Source: an uncultured bacterium
GTDB taxonomy: Bacteria > AUK180
Assembly (NCBI GenBank): GCA_937863565.1
Contig: CALMGJ010000010.1
Location: 75,413 to 139,412, forward strand
DNA: 64,000 nucleotides
Reading direction: 5' to 3'
Position 1 is the first letter of the stretch. Each line of letters begins with the position of its first letter. This document shows, piece by piece, positions 9,921-19,903 of this stretch. Under the pieces are notes generated by a model that made no database searches, was not told where the DNA came from, and saw nothing but the letters and a program-made list of their open reading frames with translations. The translations under genes were made by a program, and so were the position numbers.

Positions 9921-11123
9921 ATGAACGGCGTACCGTACCGTAAAAAGATCGTGATCATTAAAACGCCTTCATTTGAAGGTATTCTTTTCAGGAAAATGCT
10001 TCTGGCCCTTTACAACCGGGCCGAGCGGACCGAGGCCGTGTATTCTTACAGATCGGCCTCTTGTGATGATGCGCGCCGCTGTGCCGATCATGTTCATTTC
10101 GATGAGGATCTCACTGCGCCGCTGCAGTTTCTGGCGGACACGGAATACATTGCCGTTCCCGAGATCGATGCCGGAACCGCCTCAGATATAGTAAGGTTCA
10201 ATTCGAGAAAAAATTATATCAAGATCCTCGTTGAAGCTCTTAAGCTGGGCATTCCGGTGGCCGTAACGCTGAATGAAGCCGGCTTTGCGGGAAGGACCGG
10301 CAAGGCAAGGAATGTGCTCGTGGAAGAGCTCGGCAGGATTTGCAGGATAATGACGCCGGACGAACTGGCGGGTCATATGGGAATAAAGGGTTATGAAAAG
10401 GCCTCTCTTGCAGAAGAGGTCAAGAAGGAGGAAATGAAAATGACGGAAAATGCGGAGATCAACATTGCGAAATACATCGACCATACGCTGCTCAAACCCC
10501 AGGCGAGCATAGAGGACATAAAAAAATTATGCGCCGAGGCGAGTAAGTATTCCTTTAAAGCTGTTTGCGTTAATCCGTACCACGTGAAAACCTGCAAACA
10601 GCTGCTTGAGGGCAGCGGCGTGCTTGTTGCGACCGTCATAGGCTTCCCTCTGGGAGCGAACCGTCCAGAGATAAAAGCGGCCGAGACCGAAAAAGCTCTT
10701 GCCGACGGGGCCGACGAGTTCGATATGGTCCTGAACATAGGTGAAGTGAAATCCGGTAATTTCAAGAACGCCGAGGACGATATCCGGGCTGTTGTTGAAG
10801 CTGCCGGAGGAAAGACCGTTAAAGTAATACTTGAGACCTGCCTTCTTACCGATGAAGAGAAGATAAAGGCCTGCATCATCTCCCAGCGTGCCGGAGCGCA
10901 TTTTGTCAAGACTTCTACGGGTTTCTCAACAGGCGGCGCTACGATCGGGGATGTTTATCTGATGAAGCAGACCGTCGGGGACTCCATGAAGGTAAAGGCA
11001 TCAGGCGGGGTTAAGGATTATGACACGGCATTGAAAATGATAGAAAAAGGTGCGGAAAGGATAGGCACCTCTTCCGGTATAAACATAGTGGAGAAAAAAG
11101 GAGGGTCCGGTGAGAAATATTGA
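9921..11123 (+). CDS. deoC: Deoxyribose-phosphate aldolase with ~170-aa N-terminal extra (flavoprotein-like) domain
   Basis: C-terminal part: [49 protein letters not shown]. Internal SD plus ATG at 10434/10440. Confidence 0.9.
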   Translation: MNGVPYRKKIVIIKTPSFEGILFRKMLLALYNRAERTEAVYSYRSASCDDARRCADHVHFDEDLTAPLQFLADTEYIAVPEIDAGTASDIVRFNSRKNYIKILVEALKLGIPVAVTLNEAGFAGRTGKARNVLVEELGRICRIMTPDELAGHMGIKGYEKASLAEEVKKEEMKMTENAEINIAKYIDHTLLKPQASIEDIKKLCAEASKYSFKAVCVNPYHVKTCKQLLEGSGVLVATVIGFPLGANRPEIKAAETEKALADGADEFDMVLNIGEVKSGNFKNAEDDIRAVVEAAGGKTVKVILETCLLTDEEKIKACIISQRAGAHFVKTSTGFSTGGATIGDVYLMKQTVGDSMKVKASGGVKDYDTALKMIEKGAERIGTSSGINIVEKKGGSGEKY

Positions 11124-12381
11124 AAAGATCACAGGCCGCGAAATACTTGATTCTCGCGGTAATCCCACCGTCGAAGTGACGGTTGAGCTCGAATGCGGGG
11201 TCACAGGTTCAGCCGCGGTTCCCAGCGGCGCATCAACGGGTTCACGGGAAGCCCTTGAACTCAGGGATGGAGATAAAAGCCGTTTCGGCGGCAAGGGTGT
11301 ATTGAAGGCAGTGAAGAACGTGAACGAAATGCTCGCTCCCGCTCTTCTCGGAATGGACGTTATGGAGCAAGTGGCCATTGATAATAAAATGATCGCGCTT
11401 GACGGCACCGAAAATAAATCCAATCTCGGCGCTAATGCCATTCTCGGCGTTTCGATGGCCTGCGCGCGGGCTTCGGCAAATTTTCTCGAGATCCCGCTGT
11501 ACAGATATCTCGGCACCGCTAATGCGAAAAAGCTTCCCGTACCGATGATGAACGTTCTGAACGGCGGTGAACATGCTGACAACAATGTCGATATCCAGGA
11601 GTTCATGATCGTGCCCCACGGATTCGATAAATTCCGCGATGCCTACCGTGCCGCGTCCGAAGTATTCCAGAACCTTAAATCGGTCCTCAAAGGGAAAAAG
11701 CTCTCAACCGGCGTCGGCGATGAAGGCGGTTTCGCCCCGGACCTGAAAAACAACCGGGAAGCCCTTGAAATGATGGTCTCGGCGATCTCGAAGGCGGGAT
11801 ACCAACCCGGCAAACACGTTTCGATCGCCCTTGACTGCGCCGCTTCTTCGTTCAGAACAGAGGATAAAAAGAAGTACTTTTTCGAAGGCAAGGAGATCAC
11901 TACCAAGGATTTGATAGCCTATTACGCAAAATTGATCTCCGAATTCCCGATCGTTTCGATCGAAGACGGTCTTTCCGAGGACGACTGGGACGGCTGGGCC
12001 CAGATGACATCGGACCTCGGCGGAAAAATCCAGATAGTGGGCGATGATATTTTCGTTACCAATATGAAGATCATCCGCGAGGGCATCGGGAAGAAGATCG
12101 CCAATTCCGTTCTGATCAAACTCAATCAGATAGGCTCCGTTACGGAAACGCTCGATGCCGTGGAACTTTCAAGGAACAACGGTTATACCGCCGTGGTATC
12201 GCACCGTTCCGGAGAAACGGAAGACATCTTCATCGCGGACCTGGCCGTGGCTCTGAACATCGGACAGATCAAAACAGGTTCTCTCTGCCGCAGTGAACGC
12301 ATTGCTAAGTATAATCAGCTGCTGAGGATCGAGGAAGACCTCGGCGGCAGTATGTTCTGCGGTGATATCTACGGCAAATGA
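11110..12381 (+). CDS. eno: Enolase
   Basis: [49 protein letters not shown]. Confidence 0.98.
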   Translation: MRNIEKITGREILDSRGNPTVEVTVELECGVTGSAAVPSGASTGSREALELRDGDKSRFGGKGVLKAVKNVNEMLAPALLGMDVMEQVAIDNKMIALDGTENKSNLGANAILGVSMACARASANFLEIPLYRYLGTANAKKLPVPMMNVLNGGEHADNNVDIQEFMIVPHGFDKFRDAYRAASEVFQNLKSVLKGKKLSTGVGDEGGFAPDLKNNREALEMMVSAISKAGYQPGKHVSIALDCAASSFRTEDKKKYFFEGKEITTKDLIAYYAKLISEFPIVSIEDGLSEDDWDGWAQMTSDLGGKIQIVGDDIFVTNMKIIREGIGKKIANSVLIKLNQIGSVTETLDAVELSRNNGYTAVVSHRSGETEDIFIADLAVALNIGQIKTGSLCRSERIAKYNQLLRIEEDLGGSMFCGDIYGK

Positions 12382-12713
12382 TCAGAAGGATCAAACCGGA
12401 AAAGAAGAAGATAAACCCTATTCTGCTCTCTGCCGCCCTCGCGGCTGTCATGATAGTGATCTTCATCTTCTGGTTCGGAGAGGGCGGGATCAAGGAGAAT
12501 CTCGAGCTGAAGAAGACCATCCAGAATCTTGATTGGGAGATTGAACAGCTCAAAGTCCAGAATGATGTCCTTGAAGAGGAGATCATGAAGATGAAAAAGG
12601 ACCCGGCTTATCTTCTCGAGAAGATAGCAAGGGAAGAACTCAGACTGAAGAAGGAGAACGAGAAGGTGATCTATTTCGAGGAACCGGCCGATGCTGAAAA
12701 TAAGAAACGGTAA
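12378..12713 (+). CDS. ftsB: Septum formation initiator FtsB/DivIC
   Basis: Single TM plus coiled coil, [14 protein letters not shown]; conserved position after eno. Confidence 0.85.
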   Translation: MIRRIKPEKKKINPILLSAALAAVMIVIFIFWFGEGGIKENLELKKTIQNLDWEIEQLKVQNDVLEEEIMKMKKDPAYLLEKIAREELRLKKENEKVIYFEEPADAENKKR

Positions 12714-13974
12714 TGTCCTCATAAACGGTAAGTTCCGGAAAACGAACATCTACGCGGAAAAAGGCATTATCAGGGAGATCACTCCGCGGGATCTTGCTTC
12801 TTCCGAAACTATTGACGCCTTCGGCAAAGTTGTTATCCCGGGCATCATTGACCCGCATGTTCATTTCGAACTTCAGCAGGGAGAATTCAAAACATCCGGC
12901 GATTTCGAAACGGCGTGCAAGATGGCTCTTTCCCGGGGCGTGACCACTGTCATCGATTATATCCCTGCCGGGGAGAGCGATTTCAGGAAGGAACCTGCTT
13001 TTATAAATTACTCCTTCCACAAGGTCGTCGGAAAGGGATTCAACACAAAAGATATCATACGATTCATCAAGGCCGGGATATCATCCTTCAAAGCCTTCAC
13101 AACGTACGGGAAAAGCGGTCTTATGCTGGATGACGGAAATATGCTCGATCTTATGGCGGCCGTGAAAAAACACAATGCCGTGATCGAAGTTCATTGCGAG
13201 AATGATTCTGTTATAGAGCATAATATGAACGCCCTTTCTCCGGGCGCCGGCTCTCCGGATTCGGCCCGTCCGCCTATTGCCGAGATCGAAGCAGTAAGCA
13301 GAATGTGTCTTTTCGCTCTGAATACGGGTGCGAGGACGCATATCGTACACGTCAGCTGTCCCGAAAGCATCGGAGTGATAAAGGAATATGTGAAGCGAGG
13401 CGCCGCAGTGACATGCGAGACGTGCCCGCAGTACGTGTTCCTGGACGATTCGCTGCTTCACGGCCCCGAGTGGCCTCTTTACGCATCCTGCCCTCCTCTG
13501 CGTTCTGCGGAACGTTCAAGGAAGATGCGAGAACTTCTTTTAAAGGGCTCTATTGATATGATATCGACCGATCACTGCTCTTTCGAAAAGGAATTGAAAT
13601 TGAAGCATACGGATGTGCGGAACATGCCGTATGGAATACCCTCCGCCGGATATTCCGCTCTACTTTTTCTTGAGCTTTTCGGGATGAAACGCGCCGGAAC
13701 GATGTCGTTCTTGATGTCGCGTAATCCCGCTGCGGTTTTCGGGATCGAGAAAAGAGGCCTTATAAAGAAGGGTTATTGGGCCGACCTCGTGATCCTCTCC
13801 CCGTGCTCAAAGGAGAAACTGGACATTCCCCCCTACGATACTTCGGGATACTGCCCTTTCGGCGCGTTCAGTTCTTCCTACGCTGTGGAAACGGTTATCG
13901 TGAACGGCTTTAAGGCATTTGAAAGAGGAACGGTATTCACTAAGAACGGCTCTTTTCTCCCGAGGACGGTATGA
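12691..13974 (+). CDS. Cyclic amidohydrolase (dihydropyrimidinase/allantoinase/dihydroorotase family)
   Basis: PGIIDPHVH, SFKAF, VHCEN, HIVHVS, ETCPQY, STDHC, NPA..FG, ADLVI. Confidence 0.85.
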   Translation: MLKIRNGNVLINGKFRKTNIYAEKGIIREITPRDLASSETIDAFGKVVIPGIIDPHVHFELQQGEFKTSGDFETACKMALSRGVTTVIDYIPAGESDFRKEPAFINYSFHKVVGKGFNTKDIIRFIKAGISSFKAFTTYGKSGLMLDDGNMLDLMAAVKKHNAVIEVHCENDSVIEHNMNALSPGAGSPDSARPPIAEIEAVSRMCLFALNTGARTHIVHVSCPESIGVIKEYVKRGAAVTCETCPQYVFLDDSLLHGPEWPLYASCPPLRSAERSRKMRELLLKGSIDMISTDHCSFEKELKLKHTDVRNMPYGIPSAGYSALLFLELFGMKRAGTMSFLMSRNPAAVFGIEKRGLIKKGYWADLVILSPCSKEKLDIPPYDTSGYCPFGAFSSSYAVETVIVNGFKAFERGTVFTKNGSFLPRTV

Positions 13975-14621
13975 GTTTTCTAAAAAAGGGAAGATACATT
14001 GCCGTGGAGGGTGTGATAGGTGTGGGTAAGACCACGCTTACGAAGTTGATCGCGGAAAGGTACAATGGCAAGTTCTTCCTTGAAGTTGTAGAGGAGAACC
14101 CCTTTCTGGAACCGTTCTATGCTGATAAAGAGAAATACGCATTCCAGGCCCAGATCTTCTTCCTGCTTTCGAGGTTCAAACAGCAGCAGGAGCTCATGCA
14201 GATGGACCTGTTCTCTAATTTCATTGTTTCGGATTATTTCTTCGAGAAGGACAGGATATTCGCTTACCTGAACCTGAACGAGAAAGAGCTGGGTCTGTAT
14301 GAAACATTATGGAAAATGATGAGCAGGACAGTCTCGAAACCCGATCTCGTGATCTACCTCAGCGCGAATACCGATATCATCATGAGCAGGATCGAGAAAA
14401 GGGGGAGAAGTTTTGAGCACAATATGGACCGGCATTATATCGAGAACCTCAAACAGGCTTACGACTATTTCTTCTTTCACTACAATGATTCGAATTCGCT
14501 TACTATAAATACGGACAAGCTTGATTATGTCAATGATCCCGAACATCTTGAACTCATCCTCAAGCAGATCGAGGATTTTACTTCGGGGAAAAAATACATC
14601 GATCCCTTCAAGAAGATATGA
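13971..14621 (+). CDS. Deoxynucleoside kinase
   Basis: IAVEGVIGVGKTT, NPFLEPFY, QIFFLLSR, PDLVIYL, RIEKRGR. Confidence 0.92.
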   Translation: MSFLKKGRYIAVEGVIGVGKTTLTKLIAERYNGKFFLEVVEENPFLEPFYADKEKYAFQAQIFFLLSRFKQQQELMQMDLFSNFIVSDYFFEKDRIFAYLNLNEKELGLYETLWKMMSRTVSKPDLVIYLSANTDIIMSRIEKRGRSFEHNMDRHYIENLKQAYDYFFFHYNDSNSLTINTDKLDYVNDPEHLELILKQIEDFTSGKKYIDPFKKI

Positions 14622-15340
14622 ACCCGGCCGTTAAACTCACCAATACTTGCAAGAAGTTCGGCACAAAAACAGCGCTTGACGGCATATCGTTCGAGATCCC
14701 CAAAGGAAAGATAACCGGATATCTTGGTCCGAACGGTGCAGGAAAAACGACTACGCTTAATATCATCTGCGGCGTCATAGCAATGGATTCCGGCTCCGTC
14801 AGCATTGCCGGAAGCGAGATCCCGGGAGACGGAAGTTATAAATCGAGGATCGGGTACGTTCCGGAGAACCAGATGATGTACCAGCAGCTCACCGTGAAGG
14901 AGCATCTTGTATTCGCAGGAAAACTGTACGGAATAGATCGCGGTGTGCTGAAGGAACGCATCGATCGGATGCTCGAGGATTTCGGGCTGCAAGATCAAAA
15001 GGATCATCCCATTCAGAAACTCTCCAAGGGAAATAAACAGAAAACCCTGATAGCCTGCGGACTCATTCACGAACCGGAAATACTCTTTCTTGACGAACCC
15101 CTCAACGGGCTCGATATTGAAAGTCAGTTCAAATTCAAGGAATTCCTCAAGGAGTATCTGCAGAAAGGGAATACGGTGCTCTACTCATCGCACATCATGG
15201 AGGTCATCGAAAGAATGACCGAAAGGATCATCATTATAAGCAAAGGCAGGATCAGATTTGACGGCATGATAAACGATCTTGTTGCCTCATACGGGGGCAT
15301 TTCCTTCGAAGAAGCTTTTATGAAGAAGATAAATGAGTAG
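14618..15340 (+). CDS. ABC transporter ATP-binding protein
   Basis: GPNGAGKTT, LSKGNKQK, LFLDEP, SSH. Confidence 0.93.
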   Translation: MNPAVKLTNTCKKFGTKTALDGISFEIPKGKITGYLGPNGAGKTTTLNIICGVIAMDSGSVSIAGSEIPGDGSYKSRIGYVPENQMMYQQLTVKEHLVFAGKLYGIDRGVLKERIDRMLEDFGLQDQKDHPIQKLSKGNKQKTLIACGLIHEPEILFLDEPLNGLDIESQFKFKEFLKEYLQKGNTVLYSSHIMEVIERMTERIIIISKGRIRFDGMINDLVASYGGISFEEAFMKKINE

Positions 15341-16868
15341 AGGATTAAGGGATACTTTCCTTCTTCTTTCCGTTTTCCTGAAGATAGATGCGAGAAACCC
15401 GAAGCTCCTCGAAAGGAACGACGGGAAGCTTTTCGCGTCGAATTTCATATATGTCCTGTATGCATTGACCGGTTTTACCTTTACGGTCAGCATTCTGATC
15501 AGAGGCCTTGACCCTTTAAACTACGCCTTCAATCTTCTTACGCTTCTTTCCGCCAATGTTTTCATTGTAGTATTCCTGGAGATGAGAAGGATATTCATCA
15601 TGCCTGAAGACTCGTTCATTCTTTCGGTTATGCCCGTTTCCAAAGGCTCCATAGTCATGGCGAAGATCCTCAATATAGCGGTATTCTCTTTTTTTATCAT
15701 GATATCCCTCGGCGCCGCGCCCGTTCTTGCCGGAACGGTCGTTCCCCGTTTCTCGGGCATCTTGCCCGCATCGGCAATGGTGCTGGCTCTGCTTTTCAAC
15801 GCGCTCTCCGCGGCCTTCCTTGCGGCATTCCTTTTCGTCATCCTTATTTCGATCGGGGGAAAAGGAGGGTTCGAGAAGATCTCCGTTCATGCTTCCGTGG
15901 TCCTGCTTATCGCATTTTATACCTGTTTCATCCTGTTCACAAGGGAATCAGGCATAAAGGATATCAGAACGGTCCCGGTATTCAGCTGGTTGCCGGCATA
16001 TCATTTTGCAAGGCTTTACGATCTTTCGATCTCAGGCAATATTAAGGGATTCCTCTTGCTGGTCTTTCTTATCGTCCTTTTCTGTGCGGCCGGCGCCGCG
16101 GTCTTCTATACGATCCTTGCCGGAACCTATCACAGACATCTGCAGACTTCCGGGGAAATAGAGGCGATATACGATACAGGAGGATCCGTCTACCGTAAAA
16201 ACCCTTACGGCATACTACTCGGGGCATATTCAAAAAGGGATCATCAGCTGAAGCTCCGGAACTACTCCCTTATCGGGATCATGGCGGTTTTCTTCATTAT
16301 GCTCTTTTTGGTCCCCGAAGAAAAAGATGCTGCCCCGTCGCCTTTTCTGATAAGCGCGACCGCTTTTGCGTTCAATCTCTATTTCATGATCACCGTTCTC
16401 ATCACCAATCATCTCTATTCGAAGGACTATGAGGCCTCTTATATATTCAAGGTGACCCCTTATGATGATGAAGAAGGCCGGACGGATTTCCTGCGCTTTC
16501 TGGCGAAACATTACTTTCTTCCGGTCTTTGCCGTTCTTGCCGCGGCTCTTACGTACGCTCTGGGACCCGTGAACGCATTCAAGGCTTTTTCTGTATATTT
16601 CAATTTCACGGTCCTTTCCATCTGCATATTCTTTTATATCAACCGCTCATCTCCGTTATCCCTGAAAGAGGACAGTCGCTCGAACCAGATGAAATATCTT
16701 ATCATGTTCATACTTGCGGTCCCGCTTACAATTTTGAGTTCAGTCCTGTTCAACGCGGCAGCACACGGCTTGATTCTTCTTTTCAACGGGATCAATGCTA
16801 TAATATTCATTATCAATGCCGTTTTATTGATATTGCTGCTAAGAAAAAGGCAATGGAGGTTTCAGTGA
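15333..16868 (+). CDS. ABC-2-type exporter permease (putative)
   Basis: About 12 hydrophobic segments; overlaps the ABC ATPase gene. Confidence 0.7.
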   Translation: MSRGLRDTFLLLSVFLKIDARNPKLLERNDGKLFASNFIYVLYALTGFTFTVSILIRGLDPLNYAFNLLTLLSANVFIVVFLEMRRIFIMPEDSFILSVMPVSKGSIVMAKILNIAVFSFFIMISLGAAPVLAGTVVPRFSGILPASAMVLALLFNALSAAFLAAFLFVILISIGGKGGFEKISVHASVVLLIAFYTCFILFTRESGIKDIRTVPVFSWLPAYHFARLYDLSISGNIKGFLLLVFLIVLFCAAGAAVFYTILAGTYHRHLQTSGEIEAIYDTGGSVYRKNPYGILLGAYSKRDHQLKLRNYSLIGIMAVFFIMLFLVPEEKDAAPSPFLISATAFAFNLYFMITVLITNHLYSKDYEASYIFKVTPYDDEEGRTDFLRFLAKHYFLPVFAVLAAALTYALGPVNAFKAFSVYFNFTVLSICIFFYINRSSPLSLKEDSRSNQMKYLIMFILAVPLTILSSVLFNAAAHGLILLFNGINAIIFIINAVLLILLLRKRQWRFQ

Positions 16869-18163
16869 ACGACACCGTCATAGGGCACATCGGCGGCTCG
16901 GCCGGAAAAGAGGTCCGCCTAAAAGGCTGGGTATACAATTTCAGGAGTTCCGGCAAGATCGCTTTTCTTATATTGAGGGACGGTACGGGTTTCATCCAGT
17001 GCGTCCTTGTGAAGGGCGAAATAGGGGAGGAATACTTCGAACTCGCAAAAACACTTCAACAGGAGGATACGATCGAAGTGGCCGGAAAAGTCGCGGAAAA
17101 CCCTCGCTCTCCCGGTGGGTACGAGATCGCAATGACCTCCCTTCGTATCATCAATCAGTTCAGGGGTGAAGAATATCCTATACAGAAGAAGGACCATGGA
17201 GTGGATTTCCTCTTAAATAACCGCCATCTCTGGCTGAGAAGTAAGATGCAGTTCGCTACGCTCAGGATACGCGATGAGATCGTGAAGGCGATCAGGGATT
17301 TTTTCTATGAAAGGGAGTTCATCCTCATAGACTCCCCTATATTCACGCCGACGGCGCCGGAAGGGACATCCTCTTTGTTCGCTACGGATTATTTCGGGGA
17401 GAACGCTTTCCTTTCGCAATCCGGCCAACTCTATCAGGAGGCCGGCGCGATAGCCTTCAGGAAAACATACTGCTTCGGACCTACTTTCAGGGCCGAGAAA
17501 TCAAAAACGAAAAAACACCTTACCGAGTTCTGGATGATCGAACCGGAAGTCGCTTTTGCCGATCTTGATGACATGATGACGCTTTCGGAAGATTTCGTTT
17601 GTTATGTTGTCGGACGCGTACTCGAGAAAAAAAAGGAAGAGCTTAAGATCCTTGAACGGGATACTTCTGATCTCGAGAATATCAAGGCCCCTTTCGAACG
17701 TATCACCTATAAACAAGCGGTAGAACTTGTCAATAAAGGCGGCCTTCCCATGAAGTTCGGAGAGGATTTCGGTGCGGATGAAGAGGATATTGTCAGCAGG
17801 AATTTTAAAAAACCTGTTTTCATCCACAGATTTCCGAGGTCGATTAAACCTTTCTATATGGAAGCGGACCCCGAGGACGGGGATCTTGTGCTGAATATGG
17901 ACCTTATTGCTCCGGCAGGTTACGGCGAGATCATCGGAGGATCCCAAAGGATGTACGATTTGGACCGGCTTAAGGAAGAGATGAAGAAAGCCGGGCTCAG
18001 TGAAAAGGATTATCACTGGTATGTAGATCTCAGAAAATGGGGATCCTGTCCCCATGCCGGTTTCGGTCTCGGCCTCGAAAGGACGGTTGCGTGGATAACC
18101 GGTATCGAGCATATCAGGACCGCCATCCCGTTCCCGAGAACTATCAATCGCTTAAATCCATAG
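16853..18163 (+). CDS. asnS: Asparagine--tRNA ligase
   Basis: OB fold (GWVYNFR..GKIAFLILRDGTG), RHLWLR, LSQSGQLY, FGPTFRAEKSKT..HLTEFWMIEPE, PHAGFGLGLER. Confidence 0.96.
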   Translation: MEVSVNDTVIGHIGGSAGKEVRLKGWVYNFRSSGKIAFLILRDGTGFIQCVLVKGEIGEEYFELAKTLQQEDTIEVAGKVAENPRSPGGYEIAMTSLRIINQFRGEEYPIQKKDHGVDFLLNNRHLWLRSKMQFATLRIRDEIVKAIRDFFYEREFILIDSPIFTPTAPEGTSSLFATDYFGENAFLSQSGQLYQEAGAIAFRKTYCFGPTFRAEKSKTKKHLTEFWMIEPEVAFADLDDMMTLSEDFVCYVVGRVLEKKKEELKILERDTSDLENIKAPFERITYKQAVELVNKGGLPMKFGEDFGADEEDIVSRNFKKPVFIHRFPRSIKPFYMEADPEDGDLVLNMDLIAPAGYGEIIGGSQRMYDLDRLKEEMKKAGLSEKDYHWYVDLRKWGSCPHAGFGLGLERTVAWITGIEHIRTAIPFPRTINRLNP

Positions 18164-18181
18164 AAATGAACAGGGGGATAT

Positions 18182-19894
18182 ATGAAAAGAGATCCGGTAA
18201 AAGATCTTAACGTATTCAGGGGAAAGGCCTTCCGGGGTGAATGGCCGACCGTGCCCGAGATGCTTGAAATGACCGTTGAGAAATACGGCCGGAAAAAAGG
18301 CTTCACCGCCTTCGAACCCGATTATCTGAGTCTAACTTATGCCGAGATAGGTTCCGTAACGGATGAGATCGCGGGATATCTCCTTTCGTCGGGCATCGTG
18401 AAGGGCGACCGCGTGGGGCTTGCGGGCAAGAACTCCCCCGAATGGACGATCGCATATCTGTCCGTTCTGAAGCTGGGTGCCGTGATCGTTCCCGTCGACT
18501 ATCAGCTCCCTTCGGAAGATATCGGAAAGCTCTTCTCGCACGCTGCGGTGAAGGCCGTATTCGTGGACGAGGAAAAATTCGAGGATATCCCGGCCGCGGG
18601 TCTGAACCTTTCCCTCAAGATATCGCTTTCGAAAAACAGGCCGAACTACCTTCTCAACTTAAAGTCCGGAGGCCGTGAAGTGTCCGCTCCTCCTTCCGAG
18701 AACGATATCTGCGCCATTCTGTATACATCGGGCACAATGGGTAATCCGAAAGGAGTTGTGCTTAGTCACCGGAATTTTACTTCAGATGTATATCTTGCCC
18801 AGGCGCATCTGAAACTCTATTCGAGCGATGTGTTCTATGCACTTCTTCCGCTGCATCATATTTATACGATGACAGCGGTATTTCTCGAATCCGTCTGCGT
18901 GGGTGCCGAAATAGTATACGGGAAAAGGATCGTCACGAAGAATATCCTCGAAGAGCTCAAGAAAGGCAAGGTCACCATGTTCCTTGGCGTGCCCCTCCTT
19001 TTCAATAAGATCATAAAGGCCGTTATGAAAGGCATTAAGGAGAAAGGACCCTTTGCCAATGCCGTTGTGGGCGGGATGATGGCCTTCAGCGGGTTCATGA
19101 AGAAGACCTTGAACATCAATCCCGGGAAATTCCTGTTCCGTTCCATTCTCAAGAAGATATCGTTTGAGAGAATACGCGTTTGCATTTCCGGGGGCGGTCC
19201 GCTCCCTCCGGAGACCTTCAGGAAATTCAATCAGCTGGGGATCGATTTCATTCAAGGTTACGGCTTGACGGAGACGGCTCCGATACTTACTTTAAATCCC
19301 GTGGAACATTATAAGGAGACTTCCGTAGGGAAAGTCCTTCCCGCCGTCGATCTCAAGATAGCCGAGCCGGATAAGGACGGCATAGGGGAGATCATCGTAA
19401 AAGGGCCGATGGTGATGAACGGATATTATATGAACGACGAAGAAACGAAGAAGATCTTCAGCGGAGACGGTTATCTTAAAACGGGTGACGTGGGATACCT
19501 GGACGGGGAGAACTATGTCTACCTCACCGGAAGGAAGAAGAACATCATCGTGACAGAGGGCGGGAAAAACGTTTCTCCCGAGGAGATCGAATACGGCTTC
19601 GAGATATACGAGGAGATCGAGCAGATCATGGTGAGGGGGTATCTGAAGAATGCGGAAACGAAGACGGAGGATATCATGGCCTATGTGTTCCCCTGCAGGG
19701 AATATTTTGAATCGGAGTTCAAAAAGACCGATTCGGCATGGGACGATGCCTTTGTCGCCTCGAGGATCGGTTCCGTTGTTGCCGAAGTCAACAATGCTCT
19801 TCCCGCGTATAAAAAGGTGAAACGCTTCGAGGTCCTGAAAGAACCTATGGAAATGACAACGACCAAGAAGATAAAAAGATTTAAAATTCAATAG
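18182..19894 (+). CDS. Long-chain-fatty-acid--CoA ligase (AMP-binding family)
   Basis: ILYTSGTMGNPKGV, QGYGLTET, LKTGDVG, GRKKNIIVTEGGKNVSPEEIE. Confidence 0.9.
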   Translation: MKRDPVKDLNVFRGKAFRGEWPTVPEMLEMTVEKYGRKKGFTAFEPDYLSLTYAEIGSVTDEIAGYLLSSGIVKGDRVGLAGKNSPEWTIAYLSVLKLGAVIVPVDYQLPSEDIGKLFSHAAVKAVFVDEEKFEDIPAAGLNLSLKISLSKNRPNYLLNLKSGGREVSAPPSENDICAILYTSGTMGNPKGVVLSHRNFTSDVYLAQAHLKLYSSDVFYALLPLHHIYTMTAVFLESVCVGAEIVYGKRIVTKNILEELKKGKVTMFLGVPLLFNKIIKAVMKGIKEKGPFANAVVGGMMAFSGFMKKTLNINPGKFLFRSILKKISFERIRVCISGGGPLPPETFRKFNQLGIDFIQGYGLTETAPILTLNPVEHYKETSVGKVLPAVDLKIAEPDKDGIGEIIVKGPMVMNGYYMNDEETKKIFSGDGYLKTGDVGYLDGENYVYLTGRKKNIIVTEGGKNVSPEEIEYGFEIYEEIEQIMVRGYLKNAETKTEDIMAYVFPCREYFESEFKKTDSAWDDAFVASRIGSVVAEVNNALPAYKKVKRFEVLKEPMEMTTTKKIKRFKIQ

Positions 19895-19903
19895 GAGAAT
19901 ATC

